A DNA stretch of 64,000 nt, taken from positions 1 through 64,000 of the forward strand of contig NW_021833044.1 in assembly GCF_006345805.1 (NCBI RefSeq), in the 5' to 3' direction. The position numbers and the translations under genes were made by a program. Origin of the DNA: Octopus sinensis (lineage: Eukaryota). The notes beneath the pieces are model-generated. The model had not been told where the DNA came from. It ran no database searches and saw only the letters and a list, made by a program, of their open reading frames with translations. How positions within the stretch are numbered: the stretch's first letter is position 1; each line of letters opens with the position of its first letter. This document shows positions 14,504 to 26,547 of this stretch, one piece after another.

Positions 14504-16239
14504 ATGGCTACTGGTCATCAGGAGGCTGAGGTGTAAGTCAAGCGTGACGCAGAGAGAAAAAAGCAGGATTCCCTGTTAGCACACGCTGAACTTGACACCA
14601 CCACCACCATCAGCATCGACAACAGCAACAAGTACAAAACAAAAGTCGTAAGGCCAAGCACCGTCACCGCCACCAATGATTCCACCATCAACACCGACAC
14701 CACCACCATAGCAGCTTCTGCTACGAAAACTGCTTCCTCTACCAATAACAAAACCAAGGTCGCAAGGCCAATTCCTGTCACCGCCACCAATGATTCTACC
14801 ATCAACACCGACACCCTCCTTGACACCGCTTACGACGTTGAGTTCCCCATACTGCTTTCACCACAATTTCATAAAGCAGGGGGAATAGGGGAAAACAACA
14901 CGAACGCAAATATGAGCGTGAACGCTAACATCGCGACCTCCACTCAAAAACTAGTAAACAACCCGACTTCATAGTTTACTACTACTACCAACGACTCTGC
15001 CACAAACATCACCACCACCACCACCACCACCTCCACAAAAAACAATTTCGCGGAAGCCATACGACCGAAAATAAGAATTCTAAAATTTACCCACCAACAA
15101 ATGCAAGACACAAAGTCCTTGCTCACCAAAGAAGGCGACACAATGCATTTAAATATTCCACGGAACATCATAGAAGAAACACAAAAGAAGATCATCATTT
15201 ACAGAATACTCAACACCAAAACAGAAAGCCTACATAAAGAAAAAATTGAAAAGTGCCTCTCTTCCGTGTGGAAATTCCGAAATTATATGAATTGGGGAAG
15301 TAAATTTGCTACCGTGCAAGTTCGCTTCCATACGGAAGAACTAGCAAAAAAGATTTTAACCCTTACTCTGCGCACAGACCAGGTAACAATGGTACCTAGC
15401 TACCTTGGGCGCAGAATTACGAAAGTTACAATAAACAATGTGCCGCCAATAGTGAATAGCCAGTGGCTGGTATCGGCCATCTGCTTCGATATAGAAGAAG
15501 CAGATATTTTAGAAATAGCTGACATTCCAGACGATACAAAAACTGTTTCCCCCTCACCAACCACATCACCAAGAAGAGAATTACCTCCGACATCGCAACC
15601 AACACAAGAAGCAACATCACCACCAATATCATATGGCAGACCAACACCAACACCAGCACCAAGAACAACCAAAAAAACAAATAACAATGACGAAAAGACA
15701 AATTCTGCCCCTAATACCCCAACAACACAAACACCACACAAAACAACAACACCTTCTACAAACACACATATAGATCCAAACGCTTTGCCTTTACCCCCTT
15801 CTGATTCTCGACGGAATGGCAAATAGCCACAGGGGGTAAAAGGAAAAGACCAAAAAAGCCCAACAAACAAGTAAGTAAAGCAGGGAGATATTTAACTCCG
15901 GACAGCATCCCCTTAGACAATAAAAAAAAATCAATGACCCCGCAAAACCACACACACAACTAACAGCAATAGACACGGACAATAAAAAACTAATGGATTA
16001 CATTGCATCCAACACGAACATCTGCGAAGATGACTTTAATACAAATAACCATCCGCGCACCACTCCACCGAGACACGTAAGAATTTTACACATAACACAA
16101 ACACAACACCATACACTGAAACCATATTTCCAAATGCGGTAGGGGGGTTTCAGAAATACCTCTCCAAAATACTATTCAAACACCTCCTCAAAGACACTAC
16201 AAAAGATGAAGAAAAAACTGAAACTTTCGAAATGGGTAA
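14504..16239 (+). pseudogene. Tx1 copy 2 ORF1 remnant
   Basis: 15101-15826 (LLTKEGDTMHLNIP...KFATVQVRF...QWLVSAICF) aligns with copy 1 ORF1 but lacks the CCHC segment; about 57-bp internal direct repeat at 14645 and 14759. Confidence 0.8.
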
Positions 16240-16289
16240 GTGACCTTCCCTCTTGCCTCTTGTCTCTTCCAATGTAGTGTGTGAAACAC

Positions 16290-17264
16290 AAATTCCTTAA
16301 ACGCATACTCTTCCGCTTCCTGTGGAAGGGTGGCGTTCCAATGGTGAGGAGGTCCATTTGCTGACAATATCCGTTGAATGGAGGACTAGGCATGCCGTGG
16401 TTGATGATGCGCAGGGATGCGCTGAGACTGCGAATTCTCCGGAACTTCACCGATGACGGTGAACAGGTGTGGGCGCCGTTTGTGAGGCGCGATTTCCCGC
16501 AGCTCGTCTCACTGACCGAACTGCAAACGTAGATCAAGAAGAGACCGAAACTGGACGATTGGCACCGAGAGTATCGCCAAGCTCTACAGCAGCTCTGCCG
16601 ACCGGGGTCAAACTTATGCAACTTACAAACGACTAAAGCGTTCTATAGAGGACTAGTGGAGGGGAGGTCCGACGACACACTCGGGGCAAACCTGGGCGTC
16701 GACGAGAAATTCCTAACCCGCCTGTTCAGGACGACGTTCGGGCCAGGGCCTATGGATAACTTCCAGAAATCCCTGGCTTGGCAATGCTATCGAGACGCAC
16801 TACCTGTTCGAGAGAAGAGCTACAGGCACGGTTCGAAAAACCATCACCGGACCGACCTGCCCGAGATACGGTCAGAGCGACGAAACCGTTCTGCACGCAC
16901 TCGTGCAGTGTCCAGATATTTCAGATCTGTGGACCTTCGTCGAACAGCTGTTGTCCTACAGGACGGGCCCGCTTATCGGCCGAGTCTATCGTGAATATTG
17001 TTCCACCACCTTCCTTTAAACGGGAAGGGAAAACGGTTTTCGTTACGCTGATGGCTATGGCGAAAGAATGTGTGTCGTGGACGCGTTTGAAAGGACTGCA
17101 AACAAACACCTTCCTCTCTGGTCAGTCTCTCGTCAACTTTTTCAAGTACCAGGATGAGAATAGAGAGGAAGGCTTTGTCGAACGAATGTTTTAATAAAAA
17201 GTGGGTAAAAGTGGCAAAAATGGTCAGTATGAAAGACGACACTATTTTAAGCGTAAATCTGTGA
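16290..17264 (+). pseudogene. Tx1 copy 2 ORF2 C-terminal remnant
   Basis: MPWLMMRRDALRLR, GPGPMDNFQKSLAWQCYRDALPVR and LSAESIVNIVPPPSFKREG match copy 1 ORF 12931-13812. Confidence 0.88.
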
Positions 17265-17569
17265 CCAAAAGAGACAACGAGAGGTAAGGCGACTTATCAT
17301 GTGTTCATTTTCGAACTGTCTGAGGTGACCTTGGTCTTTTTTGTAGGTTTTTCTTTCCAGGGCTACACCTAAACTGTGAACTTCATTTATATATATATAA
17401 TATTTTTATACACCACACAACCCACAGATCCCTATTGATCGGACGTTTTTTTTTCTTTGTGCCCCACCCCTCCCACATCGAAAAGAAAAAACTCTACATT
17501 GTATTCCGTCCGTTATTCTGTGTTTAGCCCTGTGTGGCCACAATAAAAAGTTATCTATCTATCTATCTA

Positions 17570-17646
<77 letters not shown>

Positions 17647-17725
17647 CTGTCTGTATGTCTGTCTGTCTATCTCTCTGTCTGTCTGTATGTATGTATGTAT
17701 GTACGTCTGTTTATCTATCTATCTA

Positions 17726-17758
<33 letters not shown>

Positions 17759-17974
17759 TGATTTATTGTATCTTGATTTATAGAGAATCTCTATAATAAG
17801 GAAATGAAAGCTTGTAATATGTAAAACGTTTTGGGCACGTAACAGTATCATAATATGAAAATTCTCCTTCTAGAGATGAACTTCAAAATCAGAAATTATG
17901 TAATAGAAATAGGCTTTGCCACGTTGTGTAAAAATATAAATTGAATCTTGCATTTCGTATTAATATTCGATACA

Positions 17975-18330
17975 TTTTTTTCTACTCTAGGCACACGGCC
18001 CGAAATTTTTGGGGAGGAGGCCAGTTGATTAGATCGACCCCATTACGCACCTGGTACTTAATTTATCGACCCCGAAATGATGAAAGGAAAAATCGACCTC
18101 GGCGGAATTTGAACTCAGAACGTAAAGACAGAGGAAATATTTATTTATTTACTACCCACAAGGGGCTAAACACAGAGTGGACAAACAAGGACAGACAAAC
18201 TGATTAAGTCGATTTTATCGACATCAGTGCGTAACTGGTACTTATTTAATCGACACCGAAAGGATGAAAGGCAAAGTCGACCTCGGCGAAATTTGAACTC
18301 AGAACGTAGCGGCAGACGAAATACCGCTAA
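17975..18330 (-). mobile_element. Two joined SINE family S2 copies (dimer), outer copy lacking the first ~40 nt
   Basis: Core ggtactta...atcgacnccgaaaggatgaaaggcaaagtcgacctcggcggaatttgaactcagaacgt occurs twice, with a B-box-like GAGTTCAAATTCC on the minus strand. Confidence 0.88.
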
Positions 18331-18388
18331 GTTGGCCCTTGAGTCCTATTGGCATGGATAAATATATACGTTGTGAGTATACTGCAAC

Positions 18389-18439
<51 letters not shown>

Positions 18440-18592
18440 ATGTGTGTGTGCCGTGTGTGTGTGCGTGTGTGTGAGAGAGAGTGTGTGTGTGTATTGCTGA
18501 TGTTGTTACTATTGGTCGAGGATCGTGGTTGATAATGTCCAACCTTGCACTTTCTTCATTTGTGTGCCACTATGTAAGATCAAAGTCAGATG
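18331..18592 (+). repeat. Inverted duplication, left copy (partner 29333-29590)
   Basis: Reverse complement matches 29333-29590 apart from two TA units. Confidence 0.95.
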
Positions 18593-18609
18593 GTCGTAGT
18601 CTTGGTCAG

Positions 18610-18810
18610 AATGAAGACCATCATCATCATCATCATCATCATCATCGTCGTCGCCATCGTCGCCATCCTCATAACCATCATCACCACTATCATCGTCTTC
18701 ATCATCGTCGTCTCCGTCGTCGTCATCATAGTCATCACCCTCACCGCCCTCACCACCCTCACCACCCTGACCACCCTCATCACCCTCACCACCCTCACTA
18801 CCCCATCAGC
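18610..18810. repeat. (CAT)n/(CAC)n trinucleotide tract
   Basis: Direct; source of the poly-His ORF 18481-19098. Confidence 0.9.
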
Positions 18811-19002
18811 ACCACATTATATTGTGTTCTATCCTTCATTCTGTTCTTTATTTTCCAACGGTCCATTTCTCGTTTTAATTCTCTTGATGTCCATCTTTGC
18901 GCATGCATACGCCCTAACACAAACAAGCAAGCAGGAACACACGCAAGCGCACACATACGCATCTCCCTTCTTTTTTCGCTTTCTCTTTCTCTATACCTAT
19001 AC

Positions 19003-19061
<59 letters not shown>

Positions 19062-19331
19062 CTTTTACACACACGCACTCACACACACATACACATAATT
19101 TTGTGGTGGTGGGGTTTTGCTCCATGTATTTATGTATTGTTATTTGCTCTACATAATGAACCAGAAAAAAGCTTGACAACAACAGCAACGACTTGGAGGA
19201 TAATGGGAAAATAAATATATACATATAGATGCACACGGACGTATACATACAAACATACATACAGAAAAACACACATACACACGCATATGCATATACATAT
19301 AAATACATTCATCCATCCACACACACCCATA

Positions 19332-19379
<48 letters not shown>

Positions 19380-19469
19380 CATTATATACATTATATATAT
19401 TATATATACATATATGTGTACATATACATATATATATTATATATATTATATATATATGTATATATGTAC

Positions 19470-19571
<102 letters not shown>

Positions 19572-19800
19572 ATGCATACATAGATGAATATACGGATGTT
19601 TGTGTGTTGATACGGTCATACATATATTCATAATCTATTTTTGTGTATTTCCATGCGAGTTACATACCCCATTCTATAAACTTACAACTGTATTCAAATG
19701 CATAGTACACAGTGTACGTATCTTCACTGAATCAGCGAGGGGTGTCGCTCATCTATAAATAATGATATAATAATATATATATATGTATATAAACACATAT

Positions 19801-19867
<67 letters not shown>

Positions 19868-20164
19868 ACATATATACATACATATGATATATATATAACT
19901 ATATATTTATATATATATACATATTTATACACATATAGATATCTATAGACGCATACGCAATCACGCATATATGTACGTATGCACGTATACACGTGCATAC
20001 ATTTAGGCTTCCCTATATATATCCCTTGTGGATAGTTGTTATCGCGTTGCTCAGCAACAGCAGAGAACAACCCCATCACTGCATCTCTTAATCTTCCGAA
20101 ATATCCTCACCATCCGGAATATATTGCCCACAGAGAATGTTCATTATGATTATGTGGAGAAAGT

Positions 20165-21260
20165 TAATGACGGCATTGATTATGCTGCTGCCGCTACTGC
20201 TGCTGCTGCAGCTGATGATGATGATGAGGATGATGGTAACGATGATGGTGATGATGGTGATCATGGTCGTGATGATGGTGATGATGATGATAATGAGGAT
20301 GATAATGAGGATGAGGGTGATGATGGTGGTGATGATGATGATGATGATGATGATGATGGTGATTAAGGTCGTAATGACGGTGATGATGGTGATGATGATG
20401 ATAATGAGGATGATGATGATGATGATGATGATAGCCACGATGGTGATTAATATTAAAATCATCATTATGATTACCATCGTCGTCGTCATCTTCATCATCG
20501 TCATTATCATCATCATCATCATTATGAGTAACACCATCAACTCCAACACCACCTAAGCCGCCGCCGTCTCTGCCGTCTCCGCCATCGCTTTCACCCTCGC
20601 CATCGCCACCATCGCTCCCATCCCTGCCGCTGCCATCGCCTCTGCCATCGCTGACGCAACCGCCACCACCACCGCCGCCGCCGACATCTCCGTTACGTAT
20701 TACCCGAACGCCGTTGTTGGCATATTCATCATCATCATCATCATCATCCGCAGCAGCAGCAGCAGCATCGTCATCATCATAAACGCATTATCATCGATAT
20801 TATCATTCGTCAGTAGCATTGTTTTTTGCTTTGTTTTCATCCAACACTTGTTATTTTCATCTTCTTCATCAAACTCCTGATAATCTGCATCATCGAAATC
20901 CTGATCATCATCATCGTGACCGTCGTCGTTGTGGCTTTTGTCATTGTCTGCCTGCTCCTCTCCCTCCTCTACCTCCTCTTCAGCATCATCAGCGTCGTCA
21001 TCATCACCATCGTCGTTGTTGTCGTCAGCCCTCTCCTCCTCCTCCCCCCTTCCTCTTCATCATTATCATCATATTCATCATCGTCATAATCTTTATCAAT
21101 ATCATAGTCACTAAATCAACATGGATATCGTCATAGTAGTTCTCCTCCTCTTCCCATTCCACTTCTTCCTTCCTTTCTCTCTCTCTCCTTCCGCCCCTCT
21201 TCCTTCTTTCGCTCCCCTTCCTCCTTCCGTTCTTCCTCCTTCTGCTCTTCCTCCACTTCA
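20165..21260. repeat. Patchwork of GCT, GAT, CAT, GCC and CTT trinucleotide tracts
   Basis: Direct; (GAT)n flips to (CAT)n near 20455. Confidence 0.85.
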
Positions 21261-21763
21261 TCATGATATGTGTCTTCATATTCATCCCCATCATGAGATA
21301 TTTTTTCTGCTTTATATTGATACGACATCGATAAAAAAACAATATGATGATTTTAACAAATATTACTTGTCCTACACCTGTTATTTTTATTTAAAGCAAT
21401 CGTTATAAGCTGGCATTTCATTATTTCTTCTGTTTCTTTACCTATGTTCAATTTTCCAATCGGGTCGAGGTCAATTTAGCCTTTTCTTCTTATGCGGTCG
21501 ATAATATAAAGTACCAATGAAATACAGACAAGGTACGATAGGGTCGACTAACAAAATCTCTGACCATATTTCTATAGCGATTGAATTTTGATTGTTTTAC
21601 CCCTGTCGTCCAATCCCGTTTGCTATGCTCAACAATATTTGGATAAACAAGCAGTGCGCTTCGAGTCAGACTGGATGGAACTAAGAGAGGAAAATTATTA
21701 AAACACTTCCTGCGTTACTGAAAATAGAAAAGACGTCGCGTCGCTCTGACGTATATATACGTA

Positions 21764-21970
21764 CGAGGCGGGTTATTGAAAGGCCTGGTTTTAAGGTTAG
21801 TGTGAAAGGCCTGGTCGGAGGACCAACCTTTTGAGTACTCATACAGCTCTTAGAAAACCTAAAGTACCTTTGCAATAAGTTTGTGAATCTGAGAGGGGAA
21901 TATGATGAATTAACTGTATTTTCCTGTATTTTCTTTTACCCAAAGCCAGGACATTTTCAGCTTCCCCTCG
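21764..21970 (+). mobile_element. Short non-autonomous mariner-like element (MITE)
   Basis: TA then CGAGGCGGGTTATTGAAAGGCCTGG at left and CCAGGACATTTTCAGCTTCCCCTCG at right (degenerate TIRs); internal VNLRGEYDE resembles a mariner transposase C-terminus. Confidence 0.7.
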
Positions 21971-21974
21971 TTTG

Positions 21975-22048
<74 letters not shown>

Positions 22049-22050
22049 GA

Positions 22051-22245
22051 CGAGTGGGTGATGAAAAGTTCCTGGTTTTAAGAGCTTCGCGAATGGTGAA
22101 AGCCCAACCACTCGAGTTATTTTACAAGGCTTAGTAAATCTGAAGGACCGCTGGTCAGAAAATGAACCTGAGATGGGAATATGTTGAATAAAATCATAAT
22201 TAACTGATTCTCCTTACAAAGCCAGGAACTTTTCGGCACGCCCTG
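22051..22245 (+). mobile_element. Second mariner-like MITE of the same family
   Basis: CGAGTGGGTGATGAAAAGTTCCTGG and CCAGGAACTTTTCGGCACGCCCTG-TA termini; internal similarity to 21764-21970. Confidence 0.72.
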
Positions 22246-22455
22246 TAGGAACATATCTTTTTAGACCCTATCTTGTTCGGTATTTGCAGCACGGCCTTTA
22301 AGAGCATGCTCCGCCTTTAAGAGCATGCTCCGAAACATTGCCACCAGTGCTTGTCTTTAAGGAAAGTAAACTGTAACCAAAACGAAACAAACATCTTACC
22401 ACACAGCCACTCCTGCGTCTATTTGTAAGCATGCACACGCACATACATATGAATT

Positions 22456-22491
<36 letters not shown>

Positions 22492-23603
22492 TACATACAT
22501 ATACACATAAGTGCTGTGTGTGTGCGTGTGTGAGGATGTGTGTGTGCATGTCTGTGTGTATTACGAAGATGATGTTTACAGGGACTTCAAATTATTTTGG
22601 CTCACTTCCTGTTCTCAAACCTGCGCCCCAAAACGCTATTTTACTTCTATTAAGGTATGTATATATACTTATTTATAAACATATGCATTTACATTTATAA
22701 ATATGTATATATATATATATATATACACACACACATTCATACATACATGCATATACATTCACACACGCATACATAAACACACACATACACACACATATGA
22801 TACATGCAATTTGTGTGTGTGTGTGTGTGTGTGCATAGACATACATTGCCTCGTAACATCCGCCTTTCTCGTTTTTACTCTCCTTAATGTTGTATGTTCC
22901 CTGTTAATCTCTCTTACTCTCTCACCTACGTTCTATTACTAAACGCCCCCTAACATCCTTTCCGCGCACTAAATATCCGTCCATTTAGTGTTTTCTTACA
23001 GATCTAGTTTGTCAAGAAGTTCTGATTGTTTTTTTTTCCATTTTTTGTTTACCTGGAAATACATCCAAATTTCATTTGTATTTCGTAGCTTTTTCTAAAT
23101 TCTCTATTTTCCCTTTGTAAGTTTAGTCTAAATTATAATAATTTTATCGCCTGTTCGTTGTTATGATTCGGTTAACAGCAAACCTGATAACGACTCAACA
23201 ATAAGCCGATAAAAATGAAGTTTGAAAAATAGTTGGTATAAAGAAGCGAAATGAGAGCACGATGGAGGTTTTGGTTGATTCCATTAACCATGTGGAATGT
23301 AATCTAGTCAAATGGAACTAATAAATGAAAACTGTGATATTTTTTCTTTCCGATCTGAGTCAATGATAAGAAGTAGCTACATGAACAAATGTACGCTTTC
23401 CCTGCCATTCCATATATAAGTACGTATGCGTAACATGCATCGATTTAGCGTTCATATGTATATATACATGTATACACGCTTACATACATATATACATACA
23501 TTCACACACAAGTACAGAAACACATGCATATATATATATTAATATATATATACACATATATAGGTGAATACACACACACGCACACACACACACACACGCA
23601 CAT

Positions 23604-23648
<45 letters not shown>

Positions 23649-24111
23649 CATACATATATATATATAGAGAGAGATATATATGCATATATCTATCTCTGTT
23701 TCTCTCTCTATCTCTCTGTTTGTTTCTCTCTTCCTCTCTCTCTCTCTCTGTATATATATATATATATGTATATATTAAGCAATGGAATTCTAAATTAGTC
23801 GGATTTTCACGTTTTATCATTTACAATTTTCACAATTTCCCAATATCTTGATAAACTAGTACATTCATGCGTTACGCAACATTCACGTTTATGTAGAGAC
23901 AGACACTACATAATCCTGATGATTGCGCAATCATGAAAGTATTAGTATATTTCAATATCGCAAAAAAAAATTAAATAAAGCCAGACTAAGTTGGAATTTC
24001 AGTAATACTTCTGTACACAGTCACACTCACTCGTATATATATATACATATACATATACATATGTGTGTGTGTGTGTGTGTGTATATACACATATACATAT
24101 AAGTATTAATA

Positions 24112-24150
<39 letters not shown>

Positions 24151-24274
24151 TATCCAAACGGGAAACAAAAAAACAACAACAATGGAACAATTACAGTATT
24201 ATTATTAATAGGCGCTCAGGAAAAGGAAGCAATATATATATATATATACATATTCACCACTGAACCTTTTTTTA

Positions 24275-24435
24275 ATTTCTCTCCCTGTTTATTTCTGTGT
24301 TCCTTTCTGTCGAAGAGCGTAGGCTCGAAACGGAAAATACTTTCTCACTTCCCGAGCGTTAAACTAATACACTTATTTGTTGTTTACATACCAGTCTTCG
24401 TCATTTGCTTTTTCTTTTGTAAATTTTCACTTTAT
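24275..24435 (+). repeat. Short interspersed repeat with hammerhead-like motif, ending in (TA)n; second copy at 36170-36330
   Basis: GAAGAGCGTAGGCTCGAAAC...TTCCCGAGCGTTAAACTAATAC...GTCTTCGTC shared by both loci. Confidence 0.75.
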
Positions 24436-24999
24436 ATATATATATATATTTCCCTCTCTCTCTCTTCTGCTGCTTCTCTTTCTTTTCTTTTCTCTCTCCT
24501 CTGTCACGTGACTGCTGGCCGAAATCTGCCTTTCAGCTTCTGACCAGCGTCGTGTTAACATCGTTGTTTTTCGTCCGCCGCTATAGGCATCGCCGATAAG
24601 GCTCCTTTCCTTGCGCCAGAGAAAAAATTTGTTTGCTTGTTATCAGTCGTAAGACACTTGTTGTTGTTTTCACCGTTAATGCTTCTGTATTTCATGTTTC
24701 TGTATTCCATTAATTTTTTGTTTTTTTATATTCGTCCCTTTTGCTGTCCTGGTGTCCGTATGCATTCGATCCTTCTTCCAGGAAATCTACGCTCCCAGCT
24801 TAGTTTTTCTAATGCTCGTTGCCTAGTTTTTCTTGGAGGGCTGGCCGTGATCTAGTAATCTCAAGATTAATCAGCCGAAATTACTACGATGATCCGGTTC
24901 TTGACTGAAGACTGAGGGTTTCGAATGTCCTGTCCGTGTTTATTGTGTCGTCTTCTAGGAGTTATACGTTCTTGTCCATGTTGTATTTTTCTACATACC

Positions 25000-25034
<35 letters not shown>

Positions 25035-25129
25035 ATAATGAAGGGTGAAATTAATTAATTTGGAAAAATTATCAATTACACCAAGTAGTCTTCGGCATGT
25101 AAAAGCCTCATTCGAGGAAAATTTAAGTA

Positions 25130-25332
25130 ATACTAAGCAATAAGGGTTTAGCAACGAGTTGCCTTACCACATACCGAATTTAGAAATAGCAGTCAAAGGG
25201 TTATAGCTATTTCTTCTACTAAAAAGTAGAAGAAATTCCCTTTTTAGTAGAAGAAATAGCTATAACCCTTTGACTGCTATTTCTAAATTCGGTATGTGGT
25301 AAGGCAACTCGTTGCTAAACCCTTATTGCTTA

Positions 25333-25336
<4 letters not shown>
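25130..25336. repeat. Perfect 97-bp inverted repeat with 13-nt loop
   Basis: 25130-25226 is the exact reverse complement of 25240-25336; loop TAGAAGAAATTCC. Confidence 0.97.
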
Positions 25337-25421
<85 letters not shown>

Positions 25422-25429
25422 ATCATATT

Positions 25430-25713
25430 GTTAGTTACGACAATAAAGATACCAGTCGATCCGATCAACGGAACAGCCTACTTAACTTCACAAACACTTT
25501 TCCCCCTTAATGTATTTCTCAGGAAGGCTCAGTGTGGCACAGGTTTGACACAGCTCACCCTTTAAAATACAGATCCAACTCTTTTTGCCAACTGAAATAA
25601 AATTGAGCAATCTGAAATAAAATGTCTTGCTCGAGGACACAACACGCCGTGGGAAGTTGAACTCACGACGTTTTGATCGTAAGCTGAACACCCTAATCAC
25701 TAAGCCATGCGCC
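25430..25713 (-). mobile_element. tRNA-headed SINE, family S3 variant
   Basis: Minus strand begins GGCGCATGGCTTAGTGATTAGGGTGTTCAGCTTACGATC...GAGTTCAACTTCCC...GTGTCCTCGAGCAAGACA; head homologous to 44373-44686. Confidence 0.8.
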
Positions 25714-25747
<34 letters not shown>

Positions 25748-25782
25748 TAAAAAAATGGAGTTAACGCAGGTTTAAACAAGTA

Positions 25783-25880
25783 TTTTTACTTTCTACGTAT
25801 GTTTCAAAAATCCACTGATACTTATTCAAAAGAATAAAAGGTATAAACAATGCAATCTTCTCTTCGGGAAAGTGAAAAAA
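25783..25880 (-). ncRNA. Hammerhead ribozyme fold with CCGAAGA core and long stem II
   Basis: Stem I ACTTTC/GAAAGT; core CCGAAGA; stem II GAAGATT-g-CATTG/CAGTG-GATTTTT; GAAAC-ATAC-GTA; same position relative to the 3' end as the 36953-37046 ribozyme. Confidence 0.7.
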
Positions 25881-26072
25881 ACGAAACTTGTCAATACGAC
25901 ATTTTAGCAAAAATGATGGATCGTATAGCGATAGACAGAACGCTATTAATATTGTTTAAAAAAACGTTATATGATATAACGTCATAAGTAGCTAACAGAA
26001 AGAGTAGGGATATTAATAGTGAAGGTTAAATATAAAGGAAATTAAAGTCTAAACTATATATAATGATAGAGA

Positions 26073-26462
26073 CTACTTATATGCACTAAAAGTATGTTTC
26101 TGCCAATGCTTACATCTGTATGCTCGTTCTATAACCGTGTTTACTAGAGTACTTTTAGAAAAAATAATGAAAAATAGCTCAGAATTGCAGAGAAGACAGA
26201 ATTTCTTGCCTTTGTCATATGGTATCGAAATTGAGAGGATCAACCATTCTAAATGAAATTGTTCATTGTGGTCTTTTAAATCCCAAATCAGTTTGCTGAG
26301 ACCGGTACTATTCCGTTTATTTCTATCCCTAAATGTTGAGTAATGGATAGAAATTCTCTTAGATAACTCTAACGATGTGCTTCCAATGTAAAATCGTACT
26401 TTATTACGAGTACTGATTATACACTGGTATATAGAATTTTTATTCTTAGAGTTACTTGACAT
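26073..26462 (-). CDS. GIY-YIG endonuclease domain of family B PLE (open fragment)
   Basis: SIYQC...FYIGST...RISIH...TGLSKLIWDLK...LEWLIL...CLLCNSE...CKH; aligns throughout with 37630-38178; homology continues upstream in frame to about 26525. Confidence 0.85.
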   Translation of the reverse strand: MSSNSKNKNSIYQCIISTRNKVRFYIGSTSLELSKRISIHYSTFRDRNKRNSTGLSKLIWDLKDHNEQFHLEWLILSISIPYDKGKKFCLLCNSELFFIIFSKSTLVNTVIERAYRCKHWQKHTFSAYK

Positions 26463-26547
26463 AAATTTAATTCTATTGGGATTGACTTCAGATACAATAA
26501 CCTTGTTATCAATATTTCTAGAGGGTTGGATGGTAGTAGCTAAATAT

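Larger units (their letters stand above)
14281..17550 (+). mobile_element. Tx1-type element copy 2, internally deleted (no endonuclease or RT)
   Basis: 5' end GACATAGACGGCCGCTAGTCAAATGGGCTCCACGTAAGTTGG aligns with 8163 onward; near 16290 the ORF1-ORF2 spacer joins sequence homologous to about 12830 onward; ends GCCCTGTGTGGCCACAATAAAAAG then TATC repeats. Confidence 0.9.
25745..26525 (-). mobile_element. 5'-truncated Penelope-like element, family B (older subfamily)
   Basis: GIY-YIG ORF, 3' UTR with hammerhead fold, terminal segment homologous to 36915-36975, abutting (TA)n at 25717-25744. Confidence 0.85.

Noticed and set aside
18481-19098. Poly-His ORF
   Set aside because: Product of a (CAT)n tract flanked by other microsatellites.
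20028-20366. Acidic poly-Asp ORF
   Set aside because: Product of (GAT)n; all frames give homopolymer-like peptides.
22294-22331. 19-bp tandem duplication GCCTTTAAGAGCATGCTCC
   Set aside because: Ordinary slippage duplication with no associated structure.
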